This document shows, in pieces, positions 45,513-55,518 of a DNA stretch of 64,000 nt. Under the pieces are notes generated by a model that was not told the origin of the DNA, ran no database searches, and was given only the letters and a program-made list of their open reading frames with translations. Made by a program: the position numbers and the translations under genes. Location of the stretch: IMG/VR virus record IMGVR_UViG_3300020205_002210, positions 57,250 through 121,249 of that record. One strand, written 5' to 3'. The stretch is from a virus. Every line of letters starts with the position of its first letter. The first letter of the stretch is position 1.

Positions 45513-46615
45513 ACTTAACAAAGGTTGAAGCACTACATTGTGCATCTGTTTTTGAAAATTATTTTGGGAGTTTTAATCGTGTCGATGAATACATGCGTGA
45601 CCAGAAACTGGCATCTCTTGATGACCTATCTTCAAATCCTCTCTTCCCTTTAGAAGATGATTTATTTTCAGACTTCACCATGCATCCAAAAGATATGGAT
45701 TTTGAAGTATTGGAAATACCACAAGAGAAGTGGGAAAATTTATTGAATATTACCAGTTCTCATATTAACATTTCTCCAGTTGGGCGTCAAATAAGATTGG
45801 CTGTGTTGGAGAAGAATACAGGAAAGATTGTAGGATTCATTCGCCTTGGTTCACCAGTAATCAACATGAAGCCACGCAACGAAATGCTTAGACAAGTATT
45901 CACACAACAACCTGAATGGTCCAAGAGGTTCAATGAATCATCTATGATGGGTTTCGTTATTGTTCCATCACAACCTTTTGGTTATAATTATCTTGGTGGT
46001 AAATTACTTGCTGCAATTTGTACCTCGCATGAGGTGCGTGAAATTGTCAACAAAAAATACAATATGAATTTGTGTTTGTTTGAAACGACAAGTTTATATG
46101 GAAGTTCCAAAACGGTGTCACAGTATGATGGCATGAAACCTTACATTCGTTATAAAGGTTTAACCGATAGTGATTTCATACCGATGATGCACGGAAAAGC
46201 CTACGATGACTTACGCAGTTATGTAGAAAAACTGGTTGGTGATATTGTTGATGAAGATGTTTCAAGTAAGAAATTGAAAACTACAATGAAAATTGTTTCG
46301 CTTACCAAAGCAGCACTTAAAGGCAGTCCTGAAGGGGATACATTCATAGCAACGATTCAGAAGGCAAAAGGGTTGACAGAGCAAAAAAGATATTATTACA
46401 GTGACTATGGTTTCAAGAACATGGTAGAGTATGTTAAGTGTATGTCCGATATACTAATTCCTGGTGAAAACTATGAAAAACACAAAATGGTAAACTTGAT
46501 TGAATGGTGGAGAAACAAGGCGACAAATCGTTTTGAAACATTAAATGGTGATAATAGATTGAGAACTGAGTTGGAGGTTTGGACTTCTGGAAAGCCTATT
46601 GATATAATCAGATAA
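45509..46615 (+). CDS. DUF4338 / Druantia DruA-like protein (copy 2)
   Basis: GRQIRLAV...IVGFIRLGSP..NMKPRN, PFGYNYLGGKLLA, FETTSLYG. Confidence 0.7.
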   Translation: MNLTKVEALHCASVFENYFGSFNRVDEYMRDQKLASLDDLSSNPLFPLEDDLFSDFTMHPKDMDFEVLEIPQEKWENLLNITSSHINISPVGRQIRLAVLEKNTGKIVGFIRLGSPVINMKPRNEMLRQVFTQQPEWSKRFNESSMMGFVIVPSQPFGYNYLGGKLLAAICTSHEVREIVNKKYNMNLCLFETTSLYGSSKTVSQYDGMKPYIRYKGLTDSDFIPMMHGKAYDDLRSYVEKLVGDIVDEDVSSKKLKTTMKIVSLTKAALKGSPEGDTFIATIQKAKGLTEQKRYYYSDYGFKNMVEYVKCMSDILIPGENYEKHKMVNLIEWWRNKATNRFETLNGDNRLRTELEVWTSGKPIDIIR

Positions 46616-46637
46616 ATACTTTTATTTGGAGATAATT

Positions 46638-47453
46638 ATGGCAGCTTCAGAAGGTGTTGATTTAGAGTTTTGTATTGTAGAAAAAATTCGAATAAAAAAT
46701 AATGAACAAACTAAATTTGAAAGAACATATTCACCTAAAATACTAACTCAAGCGGATCAATGTGTAGAACATATTTTAAAACATGCTGGACAAAACAAAA
46801 TTAAAATATGGCACTCGGATGATTCAAGTGGGCCATTTGGATCCATCTATGCAAAACCAGAACCAAAAACTGATATTGTTATTAGAGTCGGTTCAAAAAT
46901 TCATACCGTTTCTGTTAAAATGGCTGGCCCGGTACAACTTGCATCTGGCCAAGGTGTATCAACTGCTGAATTGTTTTCTTCTGCCGCAAAACACCTACCA
47001 TCACAAAAAGAGAGTAAAGTTTTGGTATCAATTATAGATGAATTGAAAAAGATGCCTACACGATTGTTATCATCAAGTAATCAATCAAGGATTGAAAAAG
47101 AAGCATCTACTAAAGTTATTAATGAATTTTTACAAAATGGTAAAATAATTAAAGATAAAAATTATGAATACTGGCTGGAAAATAATAAAGAATCTTTGAT
47201 GGCTTCTCTATTAAAATATGTGGAAGAAGATGAAGATTTTACTACTGCTTTGTTGTATGAAGCTATGACAGGTGAATTATCACTAAAACAGTTTCGTGGC
47301 GCACCTGCTGACAGTATTATTAGTCCAAAAGGATTTTTTGAAATAGATGGTGCGTATGTTGAAAGTATAAAAAGAAAAGTCAAGTTCGACATAAGAGGAA
47401 AATCTAGAGGTGGAATAACTGGTGTCGCTTTTAGAATAGATTTGAGTCAATAA
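46638..47453 (+). CDS. PD-(D/E)XK nuclease-like protein
   Basis: PKTDIVI...VSVK motif spacing typical of restriction-like nucleases. Confidence 0.6.
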   Translation: MAASEGVDLEFCIVEKIRIKNNEQTKFERTYSPKILTQADQCVEHILKHAGQNKIKIWHSDDSSGPFGSIYAKPEPKTDIVIRVGSKIHTVSVKMAGPVQLASGQGVSTAELFSSAAKHLPSQKESKVLVSIIDELKKMPTRLLSSSNQSRIEKEASTKVINEFLQNGKIIKDKNYEYWLENNKESLMASLLKYVEEDEDFTTALLYEAMTGELSLKQFRGAPADSIISPKGFFEIDGAYVESIKRKVKFDIRGKSRGGITGVAFRIDLSQ

Positions 47454-47454
47454 A

Positions 47455-47757
47455 ATGGCATTAACAGATTTCGATAAAATTTTAAAAGAGTATAAAGATT
47501 CTGAACACGATTTCGGATTCTCAGCTGTCTCTGAACAAGAATACAACTCTGTAATCAAAGAGAGTGTACAGACGGTTGAAAATTATAAAATCAATCTAAC
47601 TGAAACCGAAAATAAATTAGCAGAACTTGAAAAGATGATTATACCTTTCCTGAAGAAACTACATAGTACAGGTGACAAAGAATATATATATTGGCCAAAC
47701 CGAAAACCAGCAATTGAGAAACAAATAGAAGCGATATTGAAACTAACAAGAGGTTAA
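47455..47757 (+). CDS. Hypothetical protein
   Basis: 100 aa; DFGFSAV, MIIPFLKKL..T.DKEYIYWPNR. Confidence 0.7.
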   Translation: MALTDFDKILKEYKDSEHDFGFSAVSEQEYNSVIKESVQTVENYKINLTETENKLAELEKMIIPFLKKLHSTGDKEYIYWPNRKPAIEKQIEAILKLTRG

Positions 47758-47759
47758 TT

Positions 47760-48470
47760 ATGAAAGCTACGGTGATTATACCGACCACAGGTTCGCCTGA
47801 GGTACGGAATGCTATTGAGTCTGTATTGAATCAGACAATTGAAACACAGTGTTATGTTGTTGGTGATGGTGACCAACACAAAAGTAAAGTCAAAGTACTT
47901 ACCGATAATTATGCAGGAAATTCTTTCCTCAAGACCTGTTTCCTACCCATCAATGTCGGTGCAAATGGTTTTTATGGGCACCGAATATATGCATCGTTCA
48001 CACACCTAATCGACACCGATTATGTATTGTACCTGGACCAAGACTGTTGGTTCGAACCCAATCATGTAGAGTCCTGCATCAAAATGATTGAAGATAATAA
48101 CCTGGACTGGTCCTACTCACTCCGGAAGATTGCAAACAAAGCTGGTGATTATGTCTGCAATGATGACTGTGAATCATTAGGCAAATGGCAATCTTATCAT
48201 GGCATTAATCACATTGATACAAATAACTATTGCATTAAAACTGAAACTGCGATAAAATTAGCATCTGCATGGCATGGCGGTTGGGGACAAGATAGAAAGT
48301 TCCTTGGAGTTATTGCACAACATTTTCCTAGATTTCACTGCACTGGCAAATATACCGTAAATTATCGTGTCGATGGTAATCCGGGTTCTGTCAATGCAGA
48401 ATTCTTTTTAAATGGAAATAAAGTGATGAATGAAAAATATAATGGAGAGTTCCCATGGACAAAAACTTAA
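47760..48470 (+). CDS. Family 2 glycosyltransferase
   Basis: TVIIPT, SVLNQT, YLDQD (DxD), IDTNN. Confidence 0.88.
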   Translation: MKATVIIPTTGSPEVRNAIESVLNQTIETQCYVVGDGDQHKSKVKVLTDNYAGNSFLKTCFLPINVGANGFYGHRIYASFTHLIDTDYVLYLDQDCWFEPNHVESCIKMIEDNNLDWSYSLRKIANKAGDYVCNDDCESLGKWQSYHGINHIDTNNYCIKTETAIKLASAWHGGWGQDRKFLGVIAQHFPRFHCTGKYTVNYRVDGNPGSVNAEFFLNGNKVMNEKYNGEFPWTKT

Positions 48471-49312
48471 TTATCGGTGCATTTACTGGTTACAATTTTA
48501 ATCAACTAAAACCTTGGGTTCTTTCCATAGAAGAGTGTGGATTCAAAGGTGATAAAGTTATGATCGTTGGAGATGCATCGGCCGAAACCAGAGAACAATT
48601 AGTTAAACATGGTTTTCAATTGCATGGTATGCCAAAAATCAATGCACCAATTCATGTGGCAAGATTCTGGTCAATCTATAATTATCTACATCATAATTCA
48701 GAAAAATATAACATTGTTGTAACCACCGATGTGAAAGATGTGTATTTTCAAAAAGACCCATGCCAGTGGATATTTGATTCTATGGGTGATAAAAATCTCG
48801 TAGCTGGTTCTGAATCCATGCGTTACAAAGATGAACCGTGGGGCAACGACAATCTAATGAGTACATATGGTGAAATGGTACACAGTAGATTCAAAGATAA
48901 CTTAATCTATAATGTTGGAACTTTTGGTGGCTCATCCGATTATGTGCGTGATATGTGTTTCAATATTTTTACGAATGCTATCAATCGACCGATTCCAATT
49001 GTAGACCAGGCGGTGTATAATGTGTTGATTAATACACAACCATACAAAGATGCCGTTTTATTTACAAACCAAGAAGATGGTTGGGCGGTTCAATTAGGTA
49101 CAACTGGTGACCCGTCTAAAATGGATCAATTCAGGCCATTCTTGGTTGAGCCTGAACCTATCTTCAACTATGAACAAGAATTAATTACAACAACTGCCGG
49201 CACACCACATTGTATTGTTCACCAATACGACAGAGTTCCAAAATGGAAAGACTTGGTGATGAAGAAATTTCACCAAGATGATCCAGATTCTTTTTTCACA
49301 TATAGGACTTAA
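48455..49312 (+). CDS. GT-A-like glycosyltransferase
   Basis: VTTDVKDVYFQ.DP, NVGTFGG, DQAVYN, VHQYDR. Confidence 0.7.
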   Translation: MDKNLIIGAFTGYNFNQLKPWVLSIEECGFKGDKVMIVGDASAETREQLVKHGFQLHGMPKINAPIHVARFWSIYNYLHHNSEKYNIVVTTDVKDVYFQKDPCQWIFDSMGDKNLVAGSESMRYKDEPWGNDNLMSTYGEMVHSRFKDNLIYNVGTFGGSSDYVRDMCFNIFTNAINRPIPIVDQAVYNVLINTQPYKDAVLFTNQEDGWAVQLGTTGDPSKMDQFRPFLVEPEPIFNYEQELITTTAGTPHCIVHQYDRVPKWKDLVMKKFHQDDPDSFFTYRT

Positions 49313-49314
49313 TT

Positions 49315-49884
49315 ATGAGTGATACTATTACATTCGACACAAATTCTCGTTCATTCAACACAAGCCAATCAAACTTCAAATGTTCTGGTTATGGGCTGGG
49401 AACTTTGGTTGCGGCAATGTCCAATCCAAAAGTTTTAGAAATTGGTTGTGACATTGGTGACACCACACAATTCTTATTGGATAGTAATCCGGACTGTGTA
49501 TTGACTGGTGTGGATCCATATTCAAACTATGTTGACTGGAATGGAAACAACCTAAATGAACGCGAAGCAATCTATCAAAGATTTACAGATCGTTTGTCGG
49601 GTTACAGTAATCGTTTCAGTCTGTTGAGAGATTATTCGGATAATGTTGTAGATCAATTACAAGACGATTCATTTGATGTTATCTTTATTGACGGTCTACA
49701 TACATACGAACAACTCACCAAAGATTGTGCAAACTTGTATTCTAAATTAAAGACAGGTGGCGTCTTTGCTGGGCATGATTATACTGCAATTGCCGGTGTT
49801 CACAAAGCGGCAAACGAATTTGCGGCCAAGTGCGGCAAAGAGATTCTTTTCACAGAATGTGATGTTTGGTACTGGTTAAAATGA
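49315..49884 (+). CDS. SAM-dependent methyltransferase (glycan-type)
   Basis: LEIGC, GVDPY, FDVIFIDGLH.YE, L..GG.F.GHDY. Confidence 0.88.
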   Translation: MSDTITFDTNSRSFNTSQSNFKCSGYGLGTLVAAMSNPKVLEIGCDIGDTTQFLLDSNPDCVLTGVDPYSNYVDWNGNNLNEREAIYQRFTDRLSGYSNRFSLLRDYSDNVVDQLQDDSFDVIFIDGLHTYEQLTKDCANLYSKLKTGGVFAGHDYTAIAGVHKAANEFAAKCGKEILFTECDVWYWLK

Positions 49885-50564
49885 AAAATTGTATAGTACT
49901 ATCAGGTCAATATAGGACCTTTGACAAAACTTGGGAAAACATTAGAGAATTTATTGATATCAATAATCTTGATGTTTATTGTCACATGTGGTCTACCGAT
50001 GTTAAAGAGGTGGACAATATTGTTGAACGCTTGCAACCAGTTAAATATTTGGTTGAAGATTGGACAAAATATGTCGGCATATTCAATGAAATCGAACGCA
50101 ATGTTTCACTGAAAAATCCTAAACCAATTTCAATCGATAAAATTGGTGCAAACGCATCCATGAACTATAGTCGAAAAAAGGCCTTCGAATTAATTGAACA
50201 ACAATACGATAATGTTGTTTACTGCCGTTATGACATTCAGTTTAAACCTACATTTGGCTTCGCGGGTGTGGATCGTGTTGTTACTCCTTTAGAGGAATCG
50301 TATAACATCATTTCAGATATCTTTGCAATTATTCCATTCAAAGATGCAAAACACTATTTCTTATTTGATGAGTATGAACGATTACACTCAACACCATTTG
50401 AATCTGAATTCATTGAAGTTTTGAGAAAGCGTGGTTATCCAGAAAATGATATTAAAATACATGTTGAACAACGATACTGTCCACATATGATTCTACTCAG
50501 AAATTTGTCAATGAATGGTGTTGACTTTACAATCGAAAAATTACCAGTTTATCTACAACGATGA
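49881..50564 (+). CDS. Putative glycosyltransferase (paralog A)
   Basis: IVLSGQYRTF, DVYCHMW, YDNVVYCRYD. Confidence 0.6.
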   Translation: MKNCIVLSGQYRTFDKTWENIREFIDINNLDVYCHMWSTDVKEVDNIVERLQPVKYLVEDWTKYVGIFNEIERNVSLKNPKPISIDKIGANASMNYSRKKAFELIEQQYDNVVYCRYDIQFKPTFGFAGVDRVVTPLEESYNIISDIFAIIPFKDAKHYFLFDEYERLHSTPFESEFIEVLRKRGYPENDIKIHVEQRYCPHMILLRNLSMNGVDFTIEKLPVYLQR

Positions 50565-51238
50565 AAATAGCATTATGTTTTTCTGGCCAAGCCAGATCAT
50601 TTGAAAAAGGTTTTGAATATTACAAAAAGAACCTACTAGACCACTATGATGTGGATGTATACATTCACGCTTGGACATTCACTGAAGAAAAGAAACTTCT
50701 AGACTTATATAAGCCTGTAGGTTACGCTTTTGAAAAACCACCTGTAGGTGATTTTGATAGTATCTATACGAATACTCCAAATGCAGAAAAGTATCCGCCG
50801 AGGTTTACTTACCAGATGTTTTATTCGATGCACAATTGTGCCTCATTGGTTTTTAAAGAGTATGATTGGATAATTCGTTCTCGAACCGATTATGCACTTA
50901 ATACACCGATTCCTTTTGAACAGTTAGACAATACCAAGTTGTATGTTCCAAATTGTCGTATGGTACCAGAAAGAGACTTTGGTAATGACCAGTTCGCGTT
51001 TGGATCACAATCAACGATGATTAAATACATGTCTACATATAAGAACATAGACAAATACTACAATACAGGAAATCAATTTATCGGTGAAGATTTGATGCGA
51101 GCAAACCTACATGAACACAACCTTCATGGTGAAAATTTGGTATATGTCAATATGAATAATCCATTTCCACCCGGAGAACATAACGGAACTTGGCACTCTC
51201 TAATTCGTGATGATTATGCACAATGGGTAAAATCTTAA
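50561..51238 (+). CDS. Putative glycosyltransferase (paralog B)
   Basis: KIALCFSGQARSF, DVYIHAW, YDWIIRSRTD, NDQFAFG. Confidence 0.65.
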   Translation: MKIALCFSGQARSFEKGFEYYKKNLLDHYDVDVYIHAWTFTEEKKLLDLYKPVGYAFEKPPVGDFDSIYTNTPNAEKYPPRFTYQMFYSMHNCASLVFKEYDWIIRSRTDYALNTPIPFEQLDNTKLYVPNCRMVPERDFGNDQFAFGSQSTMIKYMSTYKNIDKYYNTGNQFIGEDLMRANLHEHNLHGENLVYVNMNNPFPPGEHNGTWHSLIRDDYAQWVKS

Positions 51239-51966
51239 AAGAGTTAACTGGCCATTCTGGTAGCACAATTTATTTGATGGAGTCCGATGACGGACACTAT
51301 ATCAGAAAAGAAAACAATATAACTCGTAATATCGAAAGACTTGGTGACCTTTATGAAAAAGGTTATCCTGTTCCACAATTATTGAGAATTGAAAATGATG
51401 CAATAGAGATGGAGTATGTACATGGGTTAGATATGAAAAACTATCTAATACATAACAACACACACTCCTTAATACAATTTATTGTTGACACCTGCGATTG
51501 TTTTGGTGAAAGTCATACTTTAAAAGATTACTCACAGGTATATTTACAAAAATTGAATTGGTTATCTGATGCACACGGTCTACCATTCACCAAAGAAGAA
51601 CTAATCGACACATTACCACAAATATTACCGTGTTCGACATACCACGGCGACTTGACGCTTGAGAATATCATATACACCGATCCCGGTTTTCATATGATAG
51701 ATGCAGTCACCATTGAATATGATTCATATATATTCGATATATCAAAGATGCGTCAGGACTTGGAGTGTAAATGGTTTCTACGACATTCTGATGTTCGCCT
51801 AGATACCAAGTTACAAAGCATTCAGGATGCATTGCGAGATTTGTATCCACAAGCATTTAACGATTCGTTACTGATACTCATGTTACTTAGAGTTTATCTA
51901 CACACCAAAAAAGGTGATAATAATTATAACTTCATTATGAAAGAGATTCATCGATTATGGAAATAA
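51223..51966 (+). CDS. Aminoglycoside/choline kinase-like sugar or small-molecule kinase
   Basis: GHSG, MEYV, HGDLTLENI, MID motifs. Confidence 0.75.
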   Translation: MGKILKELTGHSGSTIYLMESDDGHYIRKENNITRNIERLGDLYEKGYPVPQLLRIENDAIEMEYVHGLDMKNYLIHNNTHSLIQFIVDTCDCFGESHTLKDYSQVYLQKLNWLSDAHGLPFTKEELIDTLPQILPCSTYHGDLTLENIIYTDPGFHMIDAVTIEYDSYIFDISKMRQDLECKWFLRHSDVRLDTKLQSIQDALRDLYPQAFNDSLLILMLLRVYLHTKKGDNNYNFIMKEIHRLWK

Positions 51967-52982
51967 TTGTACCTGCAGCTGGACTATCTACTAGATTTCC
52001 AGATATGAAACCAAAATACCTCTTATATGATTATAAAGGTGATTTGATGCTGGCAAACGCACTCAAACCATTTTTGCATAAACACAAGATACATATTGGA
52101 ATCTTGAAAGAACACAACGACAAATATAATGCTTCAGAGTTCATCAAACATGAGTTTGGAGATTCTGTAAACATAATTATACTGGATCAACCGACACGGG
52201 GTCCAGCAGACACGGTTTATCAGATTATAGATAAAGTTGGTCTATTCAATTCTGAAATTTTAATCAAAGACTGTGATAGTTTTTTCGACCATGAAATAAC
52301 TGAAGGTAATTATGTCTGTGTATCCAAAATATCTCAACATGAAGTTTTAAAGAAACTATCGTCCAAGAGTTTCACCATTTCGAACAACAACGGCATCATT
52401 ACTGATATCATTGAAAAGGAAGTGGTATCAGATACCTTCTGTGTTGGCGGTTATAAATTTTCAAGTGCATTGTTGTATAAACAGATGTTTAATGAACTAT
52501 CTTCACAAAGAGAAATTTTTGTTTCGGATGTTATTGGCCGTTGTATTAACAACCTGAACATTTTCACTGAAAAGATTGTTTCTAATTATATCGATGTGGG
52601 TACCGCACAAGACTGGTTTGATTACAATGATAAACCTGTAATATTTTGTGATATTGATGGCACAATCATTCAGGCTCAATCTAGGGTTGGTGATAAATCA
52701 TACGATAAAACTCCAGTGCCTTTGCAGAAAAATATAAACAGATTACTTGAATTGCAGTCTAAAGGTGCTCAATTTGTTTTTACAACATCCAGAGAAAATC
52801 AATATAAAGGTATGACGCGAGATATGTTATACTCTTTAGGATTTGCTTCCTTTGATTTGATTACAGGCCTGCAAAATTCTAGACGCATATTGATTAATGA
52901 TTTCAATAATTCAAACCCTTATCCGAGAGCTGAATCTATCAATCTATTTCGAGATTCGGATGACTTGGATCGTTACCTATGA
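51957..52982 (+). CDS. Nucleotidyltransferase fused to HAD phosphatase
   Basis: IIVPAAGLSTRF...KPK, IKDCD, DVGT; C-term IFCDIDGTI, FTTSR. Confidence 0.8.
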   Translation: MEIIVPAAGLSTRFPDMKPKYLLYDYKGDLMLANALKPFLHKHKIHIGILKEHNDKYNASEFIKHEFGDSVNIIILDQPTRGPADTVYQIIDKVGLFNSEILIKDCDSFFDHEITEGNYVCVSKISQHEVLKKLSSKSFTISNNNGIITDIIEKEVVSDTFCVGGYKFSSALLYKQMFNELSSQREIFVSDVIGRCINNLNIFTEKIVSNYIDVGTAQDWFDYNDKPVIFCDIDGTIIQAQSRVGDKSYDKTPVPLQKNINRLLELQSKGAQFVFTTSRENQYKGMTRDMLYSLGFASFDLITGLQNSRRILINDFNNSNPYPRAESINLFRDSDDLDRYL

Positions 52983-53680
52983 TACCCGATAAAAACTTAT
53001 TCATTGTTACCTCCTCGTTGAAACCTGCGATTGGTGCATTCAATGATGATGATAGGTTTGCACAAACTATATCTACACTGGAATCTGTTAGAGAAGCCGT
53101 GCCGGATGCGATTATTGTATTTGCTGATGTTTCGATAAGGCCAGTAACACAAACAGAAAGAGAAGTAATAACTAGTTTATCTAATTACTATTTCGATTTA
53201 AGTCAGGAACCAAACACTCAGTATTGTGCAACCAATGGACTCAAAAGTCATGGAGAAAATTGTTTATTATCCGCAACATTGTCTACTATGAGAAACAATA
53301 CACAGTTTTCACCGGTATTAAAGACAGTCAAACGAATATTCAAGTTTTCAGCTAGGTCCGAATTAGAAAAGGACTTTGATATTAAAGAGTATGATAACTT
53401 GTTTGGCAAATTTGTATTTAAGACAAGAATACCAACTTGGACGCAAAATAAACAAACTGGTGCCGATCATCTTTTAATTACCAGGTTATGGTCCATGTGT
53501 CCCTCATTAATTGACGTTTATTTATCCGTCATAGCGGAAAACCTAAAATCTCTGTCAAATGGAGTGGTTGATACCGAACATGCCCACTATTGCAATATAC
53601 CTCAAAAATATCTAGTGGAATTTGATAAACTCCATTGTTGGGGCTGGCTGGCCGGCAATGGCCAAATTGAACACTATTAA
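52979..53680 (+). CDS. Hypothetical, GT-like protein
   Basis: FIVTSS...R..QT..T..SV, IFKFSAR; sits in the glycan operon. Confidence 0.55.
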   Translation: MIPDKNLFIVTSSLKPAIGAFNDDDRFAQTISTLESVREAVPDAIIVFADVSIRPVTQTEREVITSLSNYYFDLSQEPNTQYCATNGLKSHGENCLLSATLSTMRNNTQFSPVLKTVKRIFKFSARSELEKDFDIKEYDNLFGKFVFKTRIPTWTQNKQTGADHLLITRLWSMCPSLIDVYLSVIAENLKSLSNGVVDTEHAHYCNIPQKYLVEFDKLHCWGWLAGNGQIEHY

Positions 53681-53704
53681 GTTTACTATATATCAATCCC
53701 AACA

Positions 53705-53745
53705 TTGCCATTTTTTCATAGATGTGGTATAATGTATTATAAATA
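53705..53745 (+). promoter_or_regulatory. Tandem sigma70 and late promoters
   Basis: TTGCCA-17nt-TATAAT then TATAAATA at 53738-53745. Confidence 0.7.
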
Positions 53746-53789
53746 GTTCCACGGACAACCAAAGTGTGTTGTGTTTCAATAGGCGGACA

Positions 53790-54992
53790 ATGATATCATT
53801 TAAAAGTTTTTTAAAAGAGGACACGGATCCTGAAGAAGGTGCTAGTCGCCAGATTAAGCACCTGACTCATGTGGAAGACCGCCCTTTGCAAACTGGTGAA
53901 AAGGGTGCAAAGCATGCCATCAAATCTTTGTCAGCAGCCGCTGAACACATCAAATTTGGTAAAAAATCTTCTAAGTTAACTACAAAATATGACGGTTCGC
54001 CAGCGCTTGTTTATGGACACCATCCAAAGACGGGTAAGTTTTTTGTTGCATCTAAATCTGCTTTTAATAAGACACCTAAGATTAACTACACACCAAAAGA
54101 CGTAGATATGAACCACGGTCATGCACCTGGTCTCGCCGCAAAATTAAAAGATGCATTAACACATTTACCTAAAATTTCGCCTAAAAAAGGTGTGTACCAA
54201 GGCGATATGATGTTTGGTACACATAAAGATGACAAGAAAAGTGAAAAGGGCGGTGGAACATCGTTTCATCCTAATCCTTCTGGTCTAACCTATACTGCAC
54301 ACGGTTCACATGAATCTGAAGTTAAGAAGGCCAAGATTGGTGTGGTGACGCATCTTTCATATCACGGTAAAGATGCTGCAAGTTTAAATGCATCACATGA
54401 AGTTGACCATGAAAATTTCAACAAGCATTCCGATGTATTCTCTGTTGATCCGAGAATGGACAACTCAAAAGTGCATTTTAGTCCAGAAGAACAAAAGAAA
54501 TTTACTAAACATATTATGGCAGCTCAAGCAGTACACGATACACACGGAAATGACATGTATGCGGGAACTAGTGACCACCATGGTGTTGGTGGTTCGTTGG
54601 AAACTTATATGAACCACACTGTACGTACAGGTGAAGAATCTAACCACAAAAACTTTAAGTCTTGGTTAGAAACAACCAAAAATAAAGCAATTGACAAACT
54701 CAAAGTCGAAAAGAACAAGAAGTCCAAACAATCAGATTTAAAAGATGAATTGGGTAAAGTTGAACGTAATAAAAAACATTACAACAATATTTTCAAAATG
54801 CATGGTGAGTTGCAGAAGGCTAAAGATACACTTATTGGTGTTATGAATCAACATCAAGAGTTTCAACACACACATGGTGGTGAATCTGCGAATCCTGAAG
54901 GATATGTTTTTCACCACGATAATGAATCCGATAAATTTGTTAATCGTGCGGAATTCTCTCGTAGAAATTTTGCTGGAATAAGAAACATATAA
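53790..54992 (+). CDS. ATP-dependent ligase-like nucleotidyltransferase (DUF6267-type), CTS-like N-term
   Basis: TTKYDG (KxDG), YQGDMM, PEGYV, KFV.R motifs; MISFKSFLKE. Confidence 0.6.
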   Translation: MISFKSFLKEDTDPEEGASRQIKHLTHVEDRPLQTGEKGAKHAIKSLSAAAEHIKFGKKSSKLTTKYDGSPALVYGHHPKTGKFFVASKSAFNKTPKINYTPKDVDMNHGHAPGLAAKLKDALTHLPKISPKKGVYQGDMMFGTHKDDKKSEKGGGTSFHPNPSGLTYTAHGSHESEVKKAKIGVVTHLSYHGKDAASLNASHEVDHENFNKHSDVFSVDPRMDNSKVHFSPEEQKKFTKHIMAAQAVHDTHGNDMYAGTSDHHGVGGSLETYMNHTVRTGEESNHKNFKSWLETTKNKAIDKLKVEKNKKSKQSDLKDELGKVERNKKHYNNIFKMHGELQKAKDTLIGVMNQHQEFQHTHGGESANPEGYVFHHDNESDKFVNRAEFSRRNFAGIRNI

Positions 54993-55007
54993 AAAGAATT
55001 AAACAAA

Positions 55008-55511
55008 ATGAAAACTTATAAACATTTCATCACTGAACAGGACGAAATAAATTCTTATTTAAATTCGTTGGATACTATGGTCGAGTCGTATGATTCGGAA
55101 ACATGCGAAGATGAGTACGATGAAGATTTTTTCAGATTAATTGAAAATGTAATTGAACCTGTAGAAGGTAAAGTTTCTTCAGACACCAAAGGTAAAATGC
55201 ATGAGTTGTTGGTTGGTTACCATTTAAAAGGTGGTAAACATATGTCAAAACACGTGGACAAAGAAGGTGACAGTCCACAACAAGCGCACGACAAACTCAA
55301 AAATACAATTCATCCAAATGACTATAAAAAAATGAATGCTAGAGCCAAAAGTGCAGCTAACGATATAAGAAAACAAGTTGAAACGAACGGACATAAAATA
55401 CATGATGTACATTGGACTTCAAAACCAGGAGACATTCACCGTTCAACTGGAATCCATGCGACTCAAAAAGAAGATGCTTCCGACATTGTTATAACAACAC
55501 ATAAGAAGTGA
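55008..55511 (+). CDS. N-terminal part of a split PD-(D/E)XK-like nuclease, CTS-like N-term
   Basis: MKTYKHFITE; KMHELLV; SDIVI. Confidence 0.55.
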   Translation: MKTYKHFITEQDEINSYLNSLDTMVESYDSETCEDEYDEDFFRLIENVIEPVEGKVSSDTKGKMHELLVGYHLKGGKHMSKHVDKEGDSPQQAHDKLKNTIHPNDYKKMNARAKSAANDIRKQVETNGHKIHDVHWTSKPGDIHRSTGIHATQKEDASDIVITTHKK

Positions 55512-55518
55512 GGCATAT

